Positions 9,826 through 20,900 of a stretch of DNA of 21,078 nt are shown in pieces. The stretch comes from Octopus sinensis (lineage: Eukaryota). Position numbers and translations under genes: made by a program. How positions within the stretch are numbered: the stretch's first letter is position 1; every line of letters begins with the position of its first letter. The DNA lies in assembly GCF_006345805.1 (NCBI RefSeq), contig NW_021823742.1:1-21078 (forward strand). Reading direction: 5' to 3'. The notes below the pieces were generated by a model. It was not told the origin of the DNA. It did no database searches and worked only from the letters and a program-made list of their open reading frames with translations.

Positions 9826-10075
9826 CATCACTACCACCACCACCATCACCAGCCACCACCATCACAATCACCACCAAAACTACCATTATCACACCCCTCA
9901 CATTCATTATTACAACTATCACCTCAGCCACAACAACATTATTACCACAATACCATAATAGTCAACTTAGTACTACTTGCACCACACTAGAAGCACTACC
10001 AACGCTGCTGCTACTACTACGACTACTACTTCTACTACTACTACTACTATTACTACCGCACACCATCTCAATAAC
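9562..10075. repeat. Compound ACC/ACT trinucleotide tract
   Basis: Direct reading. Confidence 0.93.
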
Positions 10076-10135
10076 TACCAACACAAGTATACCATCACTA
10101 TGAATCACCATTACGAGCCAATGAAAGAGACTTTA

Positions 10136-10352
10136 CGAACGGTGCTGAAAAGTCCTTGGCTTTAGAGGTGTTGCGAAAAGCCTGGCTGGAGGCCCAACCT
10201 TCGGAGTTCTTTTACAGGGCTTAGAAAAAACTGAAGGACCGCTGCAATAAGTGTGTGAATCTGAGTAAGAAATATGTTGGATAAAATCATAATTAACTGA
10301 TCCTCTTGTATTTTCTTTTACCCAAAGCCAGGAACTTTTCAGCTCACCCTCG
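10136..10352 (+). mobile_element. Internally deleted mariner element (217 bp) retaining the transposase C-terminus
   Basis: TA flanks; TIRs CGAACGGTGCTGAAAAGTCCTTGGCTTT / AAAGCCAGGAACTTTTCAGCTCACCCTCG; encodes KAWLEAQPSEFFYR then KKLKDRCNKCVNLSKKYVG*, typical of a mariner C-terminus. Confidence 0.88.
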
Positions 10353-10544
10353 TATGTAGTCTTTTAGTCTCCTAGAAACAGAAGTCAACTCTTCGCCAAA
10401 TACACCTCCATCATCACCACCACCGTCTTAATCCTTTAAAGCCAAAATAAAATTTCATGGCTGTTCCTGTAAAAATGTTAAATATTTACCAAAAAATAGA
10501 ATTGGTATGTTCTCCATGTCTTGTTGCCCTTATAAACTTGGCAT

Positions 10545-10748
10545 TCTTTTTTATCTTTTACTTGTTTCAGTCTTTAGACTGCGACCATAGCCTTGAATTT
10601 TTAGTCGAATGAAGTATTTATATTTTTTAATCCTGATATTTTATCTGTCGGTCACTGTTGCCGAACCGCCAAGTTATGGAGACGTAAACACACCAACACC
10701 GGTTATGAAGCAGTGGTGGAGGACAAGCTCAGACAAAAAGACACACGC
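10545..10748 (-). mobile_element. SINE family A, 3' half
   Basis: TTTTACTTGTTTCAGTC...GCCGAACCGCCAAGTTATGGAGACGTAAACACACCAACACCGGTT. Confidence 0.85.
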
Positions 10749-10799
10749 GTAGATACACACACCACACATACGCATATATATATATATTATTTATAATAT

Positions 10800-10944
10800 T
10801 TATTTTCTCTCCTTGTTTCTTTCTGTGGAAGAGCGTAGGCTCGAAACATTAAAGACTTTTTCATTTCCCGGGCGTTATACTAATACATCTGTTTGTTGTC
10901 TACACCACCTGTCTTCGTCCTTTTTTTTTGTGAATTCTCTCCCT
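10800..10944 (+). mobile_element. Small hammerhead-bearing element related to 1901-2110, between TA-rich tracts
   Basis: Shares GAAGAGC-loop-GCTCGAAAC-RTTAAA and downstream TTCCYGRGCGT with the reverse complement of 1901-2110. Confidence 0.6.
10818..10855 (+). ncRNA. Degenerate minimal hammerhead motif
   Basis: UCUUU-CUGUGGA-A-GAGC(GUAG)GCUC-GAAA-CA-UU-AAAGA; A6 is U and the stem III palindrome is broken, so probably inactive. Confidence 0.55.
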
Positions 10945-11005
10945 GTATATAATATATATAACAAAAACAACAATAGCAGCAGTAGCAACGACAACAGCAG
11001 CAAAC

Positions 11006-11200
11006 GGAGGCGCAATGGCCCAGTGGTTAGGGCAGCGGACTCGCGGTCGTAAGAACGCGGTTTCGATTCCCAGACCGGGCATTGTGAGTGTTTATTGAGC
11101 AAAAACACATAACCTACACAGGCACCAGCGGGGAGGGGTGGTGAACTCCGCTGTATTCTTTCACCACAACTTTCTCTCACTCTTTCTTCCTACTTCTGCC
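11006..11200 (+). mobile_element. SINE family C, 3'-truncated
   Basis: GGAGGCGCAATGGCCCAGTGGTTAG...GGTTTCGATTCC head; body CACAACTTTCTCTCACTCTTTC shared with 6330-6639. Confidence 0.88.
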
Positions 11201-11481
11201 ACAAAGCAGGGGAACCATGGTGTAACCCACTATGGTGTGGTAAACTTTCAGACCCTAGTCTAGATTGCGATTCCTCTATACCCCAGGATGGTTCAGCTCT
11301 CCACCCGTTAAAAGCCACCGTTTACGGAATGAGGATAACAATGTAGCTTTCGCGCCCGTGCAACCGCCAGTCTATCACGTGTGATGGGTGGATCTTCAAG
11401 TTGCCACACGCATTTTTAGTAGCTTAGAGTAGGCTCGAATTAGAGATTATTCTTTGTGGCTAATGGCGTGAGTCCTGATTG

Positions 11482-11710
11482 GAAGAAGAAGAAGAAGAAG
11501 AAGAAGAAGAAGAAGAAGAAGAAGAAGACAGAAGCAATGATAACAACAACAGTAGCAACGACGACAACAACAATAACAGCAACAACAATAACAAGCGCAG
11601 CAGCAGCAGCAACGGCAACAACAACGAAAACAACAACGGTAACAACAGCAACATCAGCAGCAATGACATCACCAACAACAACAACAGCAGCAGCAGCAAT
11701 GACAACAACA
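11482..11710. repeat. (GAA)n followed by (AAC)/(AGC) compound microsatellite
   Basis: Direct reading. Confidence 0.95.
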
Positions 11711-11923
11711 TCGGTGCCATAAATAGGTGAGACTGGTGTGCATGGGTGACTACTGGTCTTCCATAAACAACCTTTCTCGGTCTTGTGGCTCGGAGGGGAA
11801 CTTTCTTGGTGCAATACCATGGTCATTCATGACCGAAGAGAGTATTTACCTTATCTCACCTTTACCTAACCATTCAAACACCATCGCTATCTTTCCTAAT
11901 CCTGCAGCCCTGGGGTCGATATA

Positions 11924-12172
11924 CGGTTATACCTCACTATACGAGGGCCCGCTTTACGAGACCCCGGGTTCACGAGTTTTATTTTGTAATGAATATAAAA
12001 AGGTTAAACAGCCACTTAGTGTGTGCGACAACGTTGCGTCTATACAGCGACGGAGTAAAACCACAGCATAAAATGTCATTGCTACTATGGGAAATTATTG
12101 CTCTGGTTTACGAGTTTTCGCTTTACGAGCTATCTCCGAGAACAAATTAACTCGTATTTTCAGGCATTACTG
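11924..12172. mobile_element. pogo/Tigger-like MITE (249 bp)
   Basis: TA|CGGTTATACCTCACTATACGAG ... CTCGTATTTTCAGGCATTACTG|TA (16/22 inverted match) with repeated subterminal TACGAG motifs. Confidence 0.75.
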
Positions 12173-12753
12173 TATTCGACAATCCCACTCTGCCTAAAAC
12201 TATTGACCTTGTACCAAAACATGAAACCATTTATTGACCTGCTTAAATTTTTGTTTCAACGTGGGTATAAAACTATATTCAGTTATTTGAATAAACAATT
12301 CATACATAAAATAAAATTCATGGGAAAATATCAAATTAGTCACCCTGAAATAGTTTCATTGAAATTCTGCGGATGAAAATGTCTTCACTATAGAAATGAA
12401 GAGGCCAAAAGTTATGTCAAATAAATTGGTTAACTTCACAAAATGTTTGACTACAAAATATGGTTGATAAGACACGTCAACATGACTTCCGTTTTCCTTC
12501 CTTGAGGTGCAATGACCTGGTTGTGTAGGTACAGCGACGACAAACTATTAAATGCTAATTACCTTAAAATTTCCAGCCTAATTTTAAAGGGCACCATTGC
12601 CGATGGGTCAAAATACTGGTTTAAAACAATACTTCATAAACAGGATGACATCTTCTCTTCTGTCATCGACGTATAATTTTACGAGGATGGTGCGATATAT
12701 TTTCTAAGTCTTATTGTGAGGATGTCTGACTGATGTTTGTCGTTCTGTTTTTT

Positions 12754-13114
12754 TTTCTTTTATTCTTTTATTTGTTTCAGTCATTTGACTGCGGCTATAC
12801 TGGAGCACCGCCTTTAGACGAGCAAATCGACCCCAGGACTTATTCTTTGTAAGCCTAGTATTTATTTTATCGGTCTCTCTTGCCTTACCGCTAATTTACT
12901 GAGACGTCAACGCACCAGCATCGGTTGTCAATTGATGTTGGGAGGACAAACACAGACACACAAACATTCACACACGCACACACACGCGCGCGCACACACA
13001 AACACACGCAAAATAATATAGGTATGTACATATGTGTGTGTATATATGCATATATTTATATATTATTTATATTATTATATGATCGAACGCCACGCATCAT
13101 TTTCCAAATAAGTT

Positions 13115-13150
<36 letters not shown>

Positions 13151-13154
13151 ATAT

Positions 13155-13190
<36 letters not shown>

Positions 13191-13351
13191 CGACGGGTTC
13201 TTCAGTTTCCGTCTACCAAATCCACTCACAAGGCTTTCGTCGGCCAGAGATATAGTAGAAGACACTTGCCCAAGGTGCCACGCAGCGGGACTGAACCCGG
13301 AACCATGTGGTTGGTAAGCAAGCTACTTACCACACAGCCACACCTGCACCT
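12754..13351 (-). mobile_element. SINE family A, full length, with internal microsatellite (~12955-13190)
   Basis: Head AGGTGCAGGTGTGGCTGTGTGGTAAG (A box) ... GGTTCAGTCCC (B box) ... CCTTGGGCAAG; A-rich tail. Confidence 0.93.
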
Positions 13352-13405
13352 ATATAATCTTTCTATTAATATTTTAATTTTTCTGTTAATATTTAAACAG
13401 AACAC

Positions 13406-13600
13406 AAGGCAGTGAGCTGGTAGAATCATTACCGAGCCGGACAAAATGTTTTACTGCATTTCTTCCGTCTTCACGTTCTGAGTTTAAATTCCGCCAAGGT
13501 CGACTTTAATTTTTATCCTCCCGGAGTTGATAAAATAAATATCCGTTGAGCTCTGGGGTTCGATGCATTCCATTTACCCCTCCACCGAAATTTGAAATCA
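13406..13600 (+). mobile_element. SINE family B, diverged copy
   Basis: GGCAGTGAGCTGGTAGAATC...TTCTGAGTTTAAATTCCGCCAAGGTCGACTT aligns to 13743-13974. Confidence 0.8.
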
Positions 13601-13656
13601 TTTTTAAGCAGAACATTTAATTCGCAAAAAGTTGCATTGTAATTATAAACAATTAT

Positions 13657-14253
13657 AGGCGCCGGAGTGGCTGTGTGGTAAGTAACTTGGCCTCGGGCCG
13701 ATCAAAGCCTTGTGAGTGGATTTGTTAGACGGAAACTGAAAGGTGGCGAGCATGGCAGAAACGTTAGCACGCCGGACGAGGTGCTTAGCAGTATTTCGTC
13801 TGTCTTCGTGTTCTGAGTTCAAATTCTGCCGAGGTCGACTTCGCCTTTCATCCTTTCGGGGGCCGATAAATTAAGTACCAGTTACGCACTGGATCGATGT
13901 AATCGACTTAATACCTTTGTCTGTCCTTGTTTGTCCCCTCTGTAGTTGGCCCCTTGTGGGTAATCAATAAATAAGGAAACTGAAAGAAGCCCGTCGAATA
14001 CGTGTATCTGTGTATGTCGTGTGTGTGTGTGTGTGTGCATGTTTGTGTGGCTGTGCTTGTCCCCCCACCATCACTTGACAATCAATGCTTGTGTGTTTAC
14101 GTCCCCGTAACTTAGTGGTTCGGCAAAAGAGACCGATAGAATAAGTACTAGGCTTACAAAGAATAAGTCCTGGTGTCGATTTCTTCGACTAAAGGCGTTG
14201 CTCCAGCATGGCTGCAATCAAATGACTGAAGCAAATAAAAGGATAAAAGATAA
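13657..14253 (+). mobile_element. SINE family A with a deletion in the head (B box lost), host to a nested SINE B
   Basis: AGGCGCCGGAGTGGCTGTGTGGTAAG...; complete 3' half ending TAAAAGGATAAAAGATAAA. Confidence 0.92.
13743..13974 (+). mobile_element. SINE family B, full length, nested in SINE A
   Basis: Flanked by direct repeat GGAAACTGAAAG (13731-13742, 13975-13986); B-box-like GAGTTCAAATTC; homologous to 17164-17389. Confidence 0.92.
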
Positions 14254-14619
14254 ATTCTGATATAAAATGGAGAACTGATGACAGTCGAAGAGGCCGAGTT
14301 CACCTAAGAGTTCAATCAAGGCATGGGAATTGCAGAAAGCTGTTCTACGAGTAGAAGAATCTATGAATAATACCTTGTTTCCAGCAGTTTTACAAGTACC
14401 TGAGATATTGAGAAATACGCTGTTGATTTACAGTGCTGAGTTCAACAAGAATTACTTCAATATTCCATCACCAAAGATAAAACATCATTATTTTTTTTTC
14501 GAGAGAGAGAAACACTTTTGAACAATGAATGTCCAGTGTTAGCTTGAAACGATGAAGTACAGGGTCATGCGAAAGGAACTGAACGGTCTGATGTATATGA
14601 ACGTGTTTTCATACGTGCG

Positions 14620-16310
14620 TGAGTGTGTGTGTGGGAGAGAGAGAGAGAGGGAGAGGGAGAGAGAGAGAGGGACAGGGAGAGAGAGAGAGGGACAGGGAGA
14701 GAGAGAGAGGGACAGGGAGAGAGAGAGAGAGAGAGAGTGACTGTGTGTGCATGTGAGAGAGAGTTTGTATGTGTGTGTTAGTGTGTGTTAGTGTGTGAGA
14801 GAGAGATGGCGGGAGAGAGTGACTGTGTGTATGTTTGAGAGAGAGATTGCATGTTTGTATGAGAGAGAGAGTGATTGTGTGTATATGTGTGAGAGAGAGA
14901 TTGTATGTGCGTGTGAGAAAGAGAGGGAGAGAGTGACTGTGTGTGTATGTGTGTGAGAGAGTGAGAGATTGTAAGTGTATGAGAGAGAGGTAGGGAGAGA
15001 GTGACTGTGTGTGTATGTGTGAGAGAGAGAGAGAGATTGTATGTGTGAGAGAGAGGGAGGGAGAGGGTGACTGTGTATATGTGTGAGAGAGAGAGATTGT
15101 AAGTGTATGAGAGAGAGGTAGGGAGAGAGTGACTGTGTGTGTATGTGAGAGAGAGAGAGAGAGAGAATGTATGTGTGTGAGAGAGAGAGAGGGAGAGCGT
15201 GACTGTGTGTGTATGTGAGAGAGAGAGAGAGAGATTGTAAGTGTATGAGAGAGAGGTAGGGAGAGAGTGACTGTGTGTGTATGTGAGAGAGAGAGAGAGA
15301 GAATGTATGTGTGTGAGAGAGAGGTAGGGAGAGAGTGACTATGTGTGTATGTGTGTATGTGTGTATGAGAGAGAGAGATTGTATGTGTATGAGAGAGAGT
15401 GACTGTGTGTGTATATGTGAGAGAGAGATTGTATGTGTGTGAGAGAGAGGGAGGGAGAGGGTGACTGTGTCTGTATGTGTGAGAGAGAGAGATTGTAAGT
15501 GTATGAGAGAGAGGTAGGGAGAGAGTGACTGTGTGTGTATGTGAGAGAGAATGTATGTGTGAGAGAGAGAGAGAGAGGGAGAGCGTGACTGTGAGTGTAT
15601 GTGAGAGAGAGAGAGATTGTATGTTAATTAGTTAGTTAGTTAATTTTTTGGCTCAAAAAGCAAAAAGCAAGGCCATGTAGGGGGACATGGAGTTATGTAC
15701 AGGGTGGTGTTCATGTAAAGAGTTCAGGCCACTTGAGGTCAAGGGAGACCTTGAACCGAGCGGTCGTCGGCATCTTCACCATCTCGTCTGGCAGCTTATT
15801 CCACGGATCCGCAACCCGGACGGAGAAAGACCCTCTCCTTCGATTGAGATGAAATCGTCGCAGATAGAGCTTTTCAGAATGACCCCGCAGCCGACGCTCT
15901 GGAGCAGGAGTGAAGAACAGCCCCCTCGAGAGGTCACACCCTCCGCCCATGATGTTGTGAGCAAGAATGAGATCTCCACGGCGTCGCCGTATGTGAGTGA
16001 GAGAGAGAGAGTGAGTGAGAGTGACTGTGTATATGTGAGAGAGAGAGATTTATGTATTTGTGCGTGTGCGGGAGAGAGAGGGGGAGAGTGATTGTGTGTG
16101 TGTGTATGTGTGAGAAAGAGATTGTAAATGTGTGTGAGAGAGAGAGGGAGAGGGAAGAAGAGAGGAGTGACTGTGTGTGTATGTGAGAGAGAGATTTATC
16201 TATTTGTATGTGTGTGTGTGTGCGGGAGAGAGAGAGAGGAGGAGTGGTTGTGTGTGCATGTGTGAAAGAGAGATAGTATGTTTGTGCGTGTGTGTGTGTA
16301 TGTCTATCTG
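14620..16310. repeat. Microsatellite-derived minisatellite (variable ~50-65-bp unit GTGACT(GT)nATGT(GA)nTTGTATGT...(GA)nGGGAGA)
   Basis: GTGACTGTGTG anchor recurs about 20 times; 20-bp sub-array GAGAGAGAGGGACAGGGAGA at 14641-14720. Confidence 0.92.
15625..15988 (-). mobile_element. 5'-truncated CR1-type LINE 3' end (ORF2 C-terminus, 3' UTR, (TAAC)n tail)
   Basis: Open frame RRRRGDLILAHNIMGG...RLRGHSEKL...FSVRVADPWNKLP...FKVSLD ending at stop 15711; possible TSD GTATGT (15619-15624, 15989-15994). Confidence 0.9.
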
Positions 16311-16599
16311 TCTGCGTTTATATGTCTAAGTGTCACTAATACGATATCAATATTCATATGGCAATAAGATATTGTAAATATATATTGCGAGATTTAATCC
16401 AACATTTAGCTCCTGCTTAGAGAAGTCAAGTACAATATTAAGCTAATACATTTACAGTTATCCACCGAGGATGTTGTAAATACGTATTTATATTATTACA
16501 TTTATTCACCTTGATCTGATGTGTTTCGTTTCTTTTACATGAAACTTATAACACAGTGCTATAATAAATTATGCATTTGTACTCTTCGTTTATTGACAA

Positions 16600-17038
16600 C
16601 TAGCAGCATAGTCCGGCGTTGCCCGGGTATGTAAGAGCCCCTAGTAGGCAACAGCTAATCCCAATCGGGTCCTTTCTCTCTAGGGAACGAAGGCGCATGT
16701 GTAGGTTGCAATGTCTTCTCTTCGCTCGAATACTTCTGTGTATACGATGTTCCTAGCTGTCCCTTTGGGCGATAAAAAGGTCGAGTTGTGTCCCCTAGAC
16801 AGAAAATGTGTTGCATATAAAAAGCTTAGATTCTCGACCCCATGTCGAATTTATCGATTTTTTCAGAACTGGGGGAACGTTTCAAAATTTTCGCTGCGTC
16901 AGTTTTGAATTATGACATTGGGCTATGTATGTGTCAAGTTTCATCAGAATCGGTTGAAAGCCGTGGTCAGGGTGAGGGTACAACCTGACAGACACACAGA
17001 CACACAGACAGACAAACTGCCGTTTATATATAGAGAGA
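16600..17038 (-). mobile_element. Non-autonomous Helitron-type element (439 bp)
   Basis: Minus strand A|TC...subterminal hairpin (16612-16627)...CTAG|T, no TSD, internal (GACA/CA) repeat. Confidence 0.82.
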
Positions 17039-17163
17039 TTGTAAATGAAACATACGAAATTTTGTGCTCACAAACTTTGGAAACTCATATGGGTACTTAG
17101 TTTAATATGTATAGATACATATCTCGTTGTTTCCAATATATTTGGATGTTTCCCCGTATATAT

Positions 17164-17389
17164 ATTTCTTTATTGTCCACAAGGGGCTAAACATAGAGAG
17201 GACAAACAAGGACAGACAAACGGATTAAGTCGATTACATCGACCCCAGTGCGAAACTGGTACTTTAATTTATCGACCCCGAAAGGATGAAAGGCAAAGTC
17301 GACCTCGGCAGAATTTGAACTCAGAACGTAACGACAGACGAAATACTGCTAAGCATTCCGCCCGGCGCGCTAACGTGTCTGCCAGCTCG
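17164..17389 (-). mobile_element. SINE family B, full length
   Basis: 11-bp TSD CCCGTATATAT (17153-17163, 17390-17400); homologous to 13743-13974. Confidence 0.92.
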
Positions 17390-17918
17390 CCCGTATATAT
17401 TATTGATCAGTAGAAGAATTAGAGCTTCGGTTTTGCGATATTTAGTTGCGCTACTCTGCGTTCTTATAAATAGGACACTAAATGAAAGCATTAGATAAGC
17501 TGTATCACGTTGTCTCAGTGTCCTATTTATAGGACACCGAGTATTACTATAAAGGAGTTTTAATAATTATTTTCTTCATTTTAACCTATTTTCAATCATC
17601 TGTAAAAATTTTAAAGTAATATTCAGAAATTTAAGTACTCTGAGACTTAAGGGGTTAAATCAAACCATGCTGAGGTCAAATTTTCTTCCAACCTCTTCCT
17701 AAAATAAACTCCCAGTTAACTACAGGGTTGCTGGTATTGACGCGATTGATCTAGTTTCTTATATTTCAGGCATTGTACTTATGCTACAAATTGTGTGTGT
17801 GCGTGTGTATGTATGTGTGTGTGTTTGGGAAGGACGAAAATTTGGGATTTTAAAAATTAACCTTAGTATACACTCACTACATTCAGCGCCAAATTAGCGG
17901 GAAGAAGTACTCCAATAA

Positions 17919-18034
17919 TTTGTTGTTGTTTGTTCTTTCCCAAGCCATGCCTGGCTCATAAGTTGGAGGACAAACACAGACACGCAAACACACACAAACA
18001 CACACACACACACACACATACACACACACACACA

Positions 18035-18085
<51 letters not shown>

Positions 18086-18278
18086 TACACACACACACAC
18101 ATATTTATATACATACGACAGGCTTCTTTCAGTTTCCATCTACCAAATCCACTCACAAGGCTTTCGTCGGCCCGAAGCTATAGCAGAAGACACCTGCCCA
18201 AGGTGCAACGCAATGGGACTGAACCCGGAACTATGTGGTTGGTAAGCAAGCTACTTACCACAAAGCCACTCTTGCGCT
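17919..18278 (-). mobile_element. SINE A head and microsatellite joined to a SINE C tail
   Basis: 17963-18278 matches family A; 17919-17962 matches the family C tail at 6332-6370. Confidence 0.8.
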
Positions 18279-18429
18279 TTGAAGATTTCCACAATATCAA
18301 GCTTTTATCCAGCATACTGCTGAGCCAACCAACGTCCGAAATCCTATTAATTCAGAGTGGAATAATGATAGCTCGTAGAACGTTAGCGTTGACGGATTCT
18401 TATATAATTTGCCTAACCCAACATCATTC

Positions 18430-19108
18430 GTATATGTAGACATATATACATATATACATACATATATGTTTGTGTATATGTGTGTGTATATTTGTGTGTG
18501 CATGTGGGTGTGTATACAGAAGTAAATGTTAATACACACAGTCACACACGTACATATGCATACATGCACACATACATACATATATGTGTATATATTTGTA
18601 GATAGACAAATATATAAATGTTGGCAGAAATTACACACATGTACACGCACATGCTCACACAGCATTCACACATTCACTCGCCTACACACACACACACTCT
18701 CACATATATGGACATATATATATATATATATATATATATCATATACGTAACCCGTTCGTAGCTGAAGGGGATTGGAAATGAGATTTCTAAAAGTTCACCT
18801 GATATTAGAATATAATTGGGATCTTTAAACTGAAAACCATCTGTGGTTTTCATAAACCAAACTTTAATTAGGTTACATACTAGCATATATATATATATAT
18901 ATATTATATATATGTGTGTTGTGTGGTGTGTGGTGTGTGTGTGTGTTGTGTGTGTGTACAAATATATGTTGTACATATATATATATTATATATATAATAT
19001 AGATAGATAGATAGATAGATAAGATAGATAGATATACATACATACATAGATATAGTACAAACTATCTACCTACATACATATTACATATATACATATATAC
19101 ATATATAT

Positions 19109-19149
<41 letters not shown>

Positions 19150-19438
19150 ATATATTCTATATATATAACATATATATACACATATACAAACACATTACAA
19201 CATACACACACACACACACATACATATATGTCTGTACATATATGTTGTATTATGCGTATACATATTTATGTCGATCTATACATGTGTGAATAAATATATT
19301 TACACATGTTGATTATATCTAAAATTCTCTACATTAAATTTTCCGGGGGTGCTAACCGTTCGTTCACACACCCTAGACACGCATTACTTACATGCACACA
19401 TGCATACAGACACACACACATGCACAAAACACACACGC

Positions 19439-19491
<53 letters not shown>

Positions 19492-20010
19492 TATATCTAT
19501 AATAGATATACATACTTATACAAACGTATGCAACAAATCTCAGTATGACAAACACTCTTATGGAATATACATACATACTCTCATGCCCACTTGCACATAT
19601 ACATATATACACCATACATTCATACCTACATATATACATGCATACAAACATACATATTTACATACATACAAACATGCATGAACGCATGCATGCAAATACA
19701 TACATACATACATGCATACAAATATACATACATAAATGCATACTTACATGCATACATACATAAAAACATACAAACATGCATTGATACCTACATTGATACG
19801 TACATACAAACACGCATACGTACATACAAACACGTACATACATACATACATACATACATGCAAACATATATACATGCAAACATATATACATGCAAACATA
19901 TATAGATACATAAATATATACATACATGTATGTATACCTGCATGCATGTATGCATGTATGCATACATGCATACATTCAAACATTCATACATGCATACTTA
20001 AATACATACA
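18430..20010. repeat. Low-complexity TA/CA/GATA/ATAC microsatellite field with short unique gaps
   Basis: Direct reading; degenerate (ATAC/ATGC)n over ~19600-20010. Confidence 0.9.
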
Positions 20011-20213
20011 TTCGTAGACAAATTCACACAAACAAAAACAAACATGGCTGCCATATGCAGACATATAGAAATATATTCAGAAACTTTTATGCGTACATAA
20101 CTACGTATGAAAGCTTAACAATTATATACACAGGCAAGCGAAGGTAGGTCTATGTGGGAAGGAGTTTGCTTCTAGTGACACGAGGTTCTGGGTTCGGTCT
20201 CACTATATATATC

Positions 20214-20631
20214 TCTCTTTCTCTTTTCTCTTTTACTTGTTTCAGTCATTTGACTGCGGCCATGCTGGAGCACCGCCTTTAGTCGAGCAAATCGACCTGG
20301 GACTTATTCTTTGTAAGCCCAGTACTTATTCTAAGTGACGGGGACGTAAACACACCAGCATTGGTTGTCAAGCAATGCTAGGGGACAAACACAGACACAC
20401 AAACACATACACATACATATACATACACATACATACACATATACACATATATATATATATATACACAACCGGCTTCTTTCAGTTTCCGTCAACCAAATCC
20501 ACTCACAAGGCATTGGTCGGCCTGGGGCTATAGCAGAAGACACTTGCCCAAGATGCCACGCAGTGGGACTGAACCCAGAACCATGTGGTTGGTTAGCAAG
20601 CTACTTACCACACAGCACCAGTTCCTTCGCC
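20214..20631 (-). mobile_element. SINE family A, near full length, small internal deletion near 20331
   Basis: Colinear with 12754-13351. Confidence 0.92.
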
Positions 20632-20670
20632 ATGATAGATCACTAGCCACTACACTATATATATATATAT

Positions 20671-20713
20671 TTAGTTTCAGCTCAGAGCTGCGGCCATGAT
20701 GATGCACCGCCGT

Positions 20714-20752
<39 letters not shown>

Positions 20753-20900
20753 GGCTTCTCTCAGTTTCCGTTTATCAAATCCATTCACAAAGCTCTGGCC
20801 GATCCGAGGCTATAGTAGAAGACACTTGCCTAAGGTACCAGGCAGTGGGACTGAATTTCTAACCATGTGGTTGGGAAGCAAGCTTCTAATCAAACAGCCA
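20671..20900 (-). mobile_element. SINE family A short variant (head, (TA)n, extreme tail)
   Basis: GTTTCAGCTCAGAGCTGCGGCCATGATGATGCACCGCC, then (TA)n, then GGGCTTCTCTCAGTTTCCG...CAGCCA. Confidence 0.8.

Noticed and set aside
12563-12615. Possible 53-nt minus-strand exon (ttttaaaccag|YFDPSAMVPFKIRLEIL|gtaatt)
   Set aside because: Splice-like ends, but too short to recognise and no partner exon; needs RNA-seq or a homology search.
14275-14300. CTGATGA hammerhead-like core
   Set aside because: No stem II followed by GAAA and no stem I pairing.
14304-14399. Possible 96-nt minus-strand exon (GTCKTAGNKVLFIDSSTRRTAFCNSHALIELL), or a plus-strand LQKAVL retroelement remnant
   Set aside because: Weak donor (GTGAAC), no recognisable family, and two competing readings; cannot be supported without data.
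17410-17658. Possible DNA transposon remnant (palindrome GTGTCCTATTTATAGGACAC, end AAGGGGTTAA)
   Set aside because: No matching left terminal repeat found, so boundaries and class are unsupported.
18745-18885. Short unique island with an open minus-strand frame (FMKTTDGFQFKDPNYILISGELLEISFPIPFSYER)
   Set aside because: No convincing splice donor or recognisable domain; an open frame this short is expected by chance.
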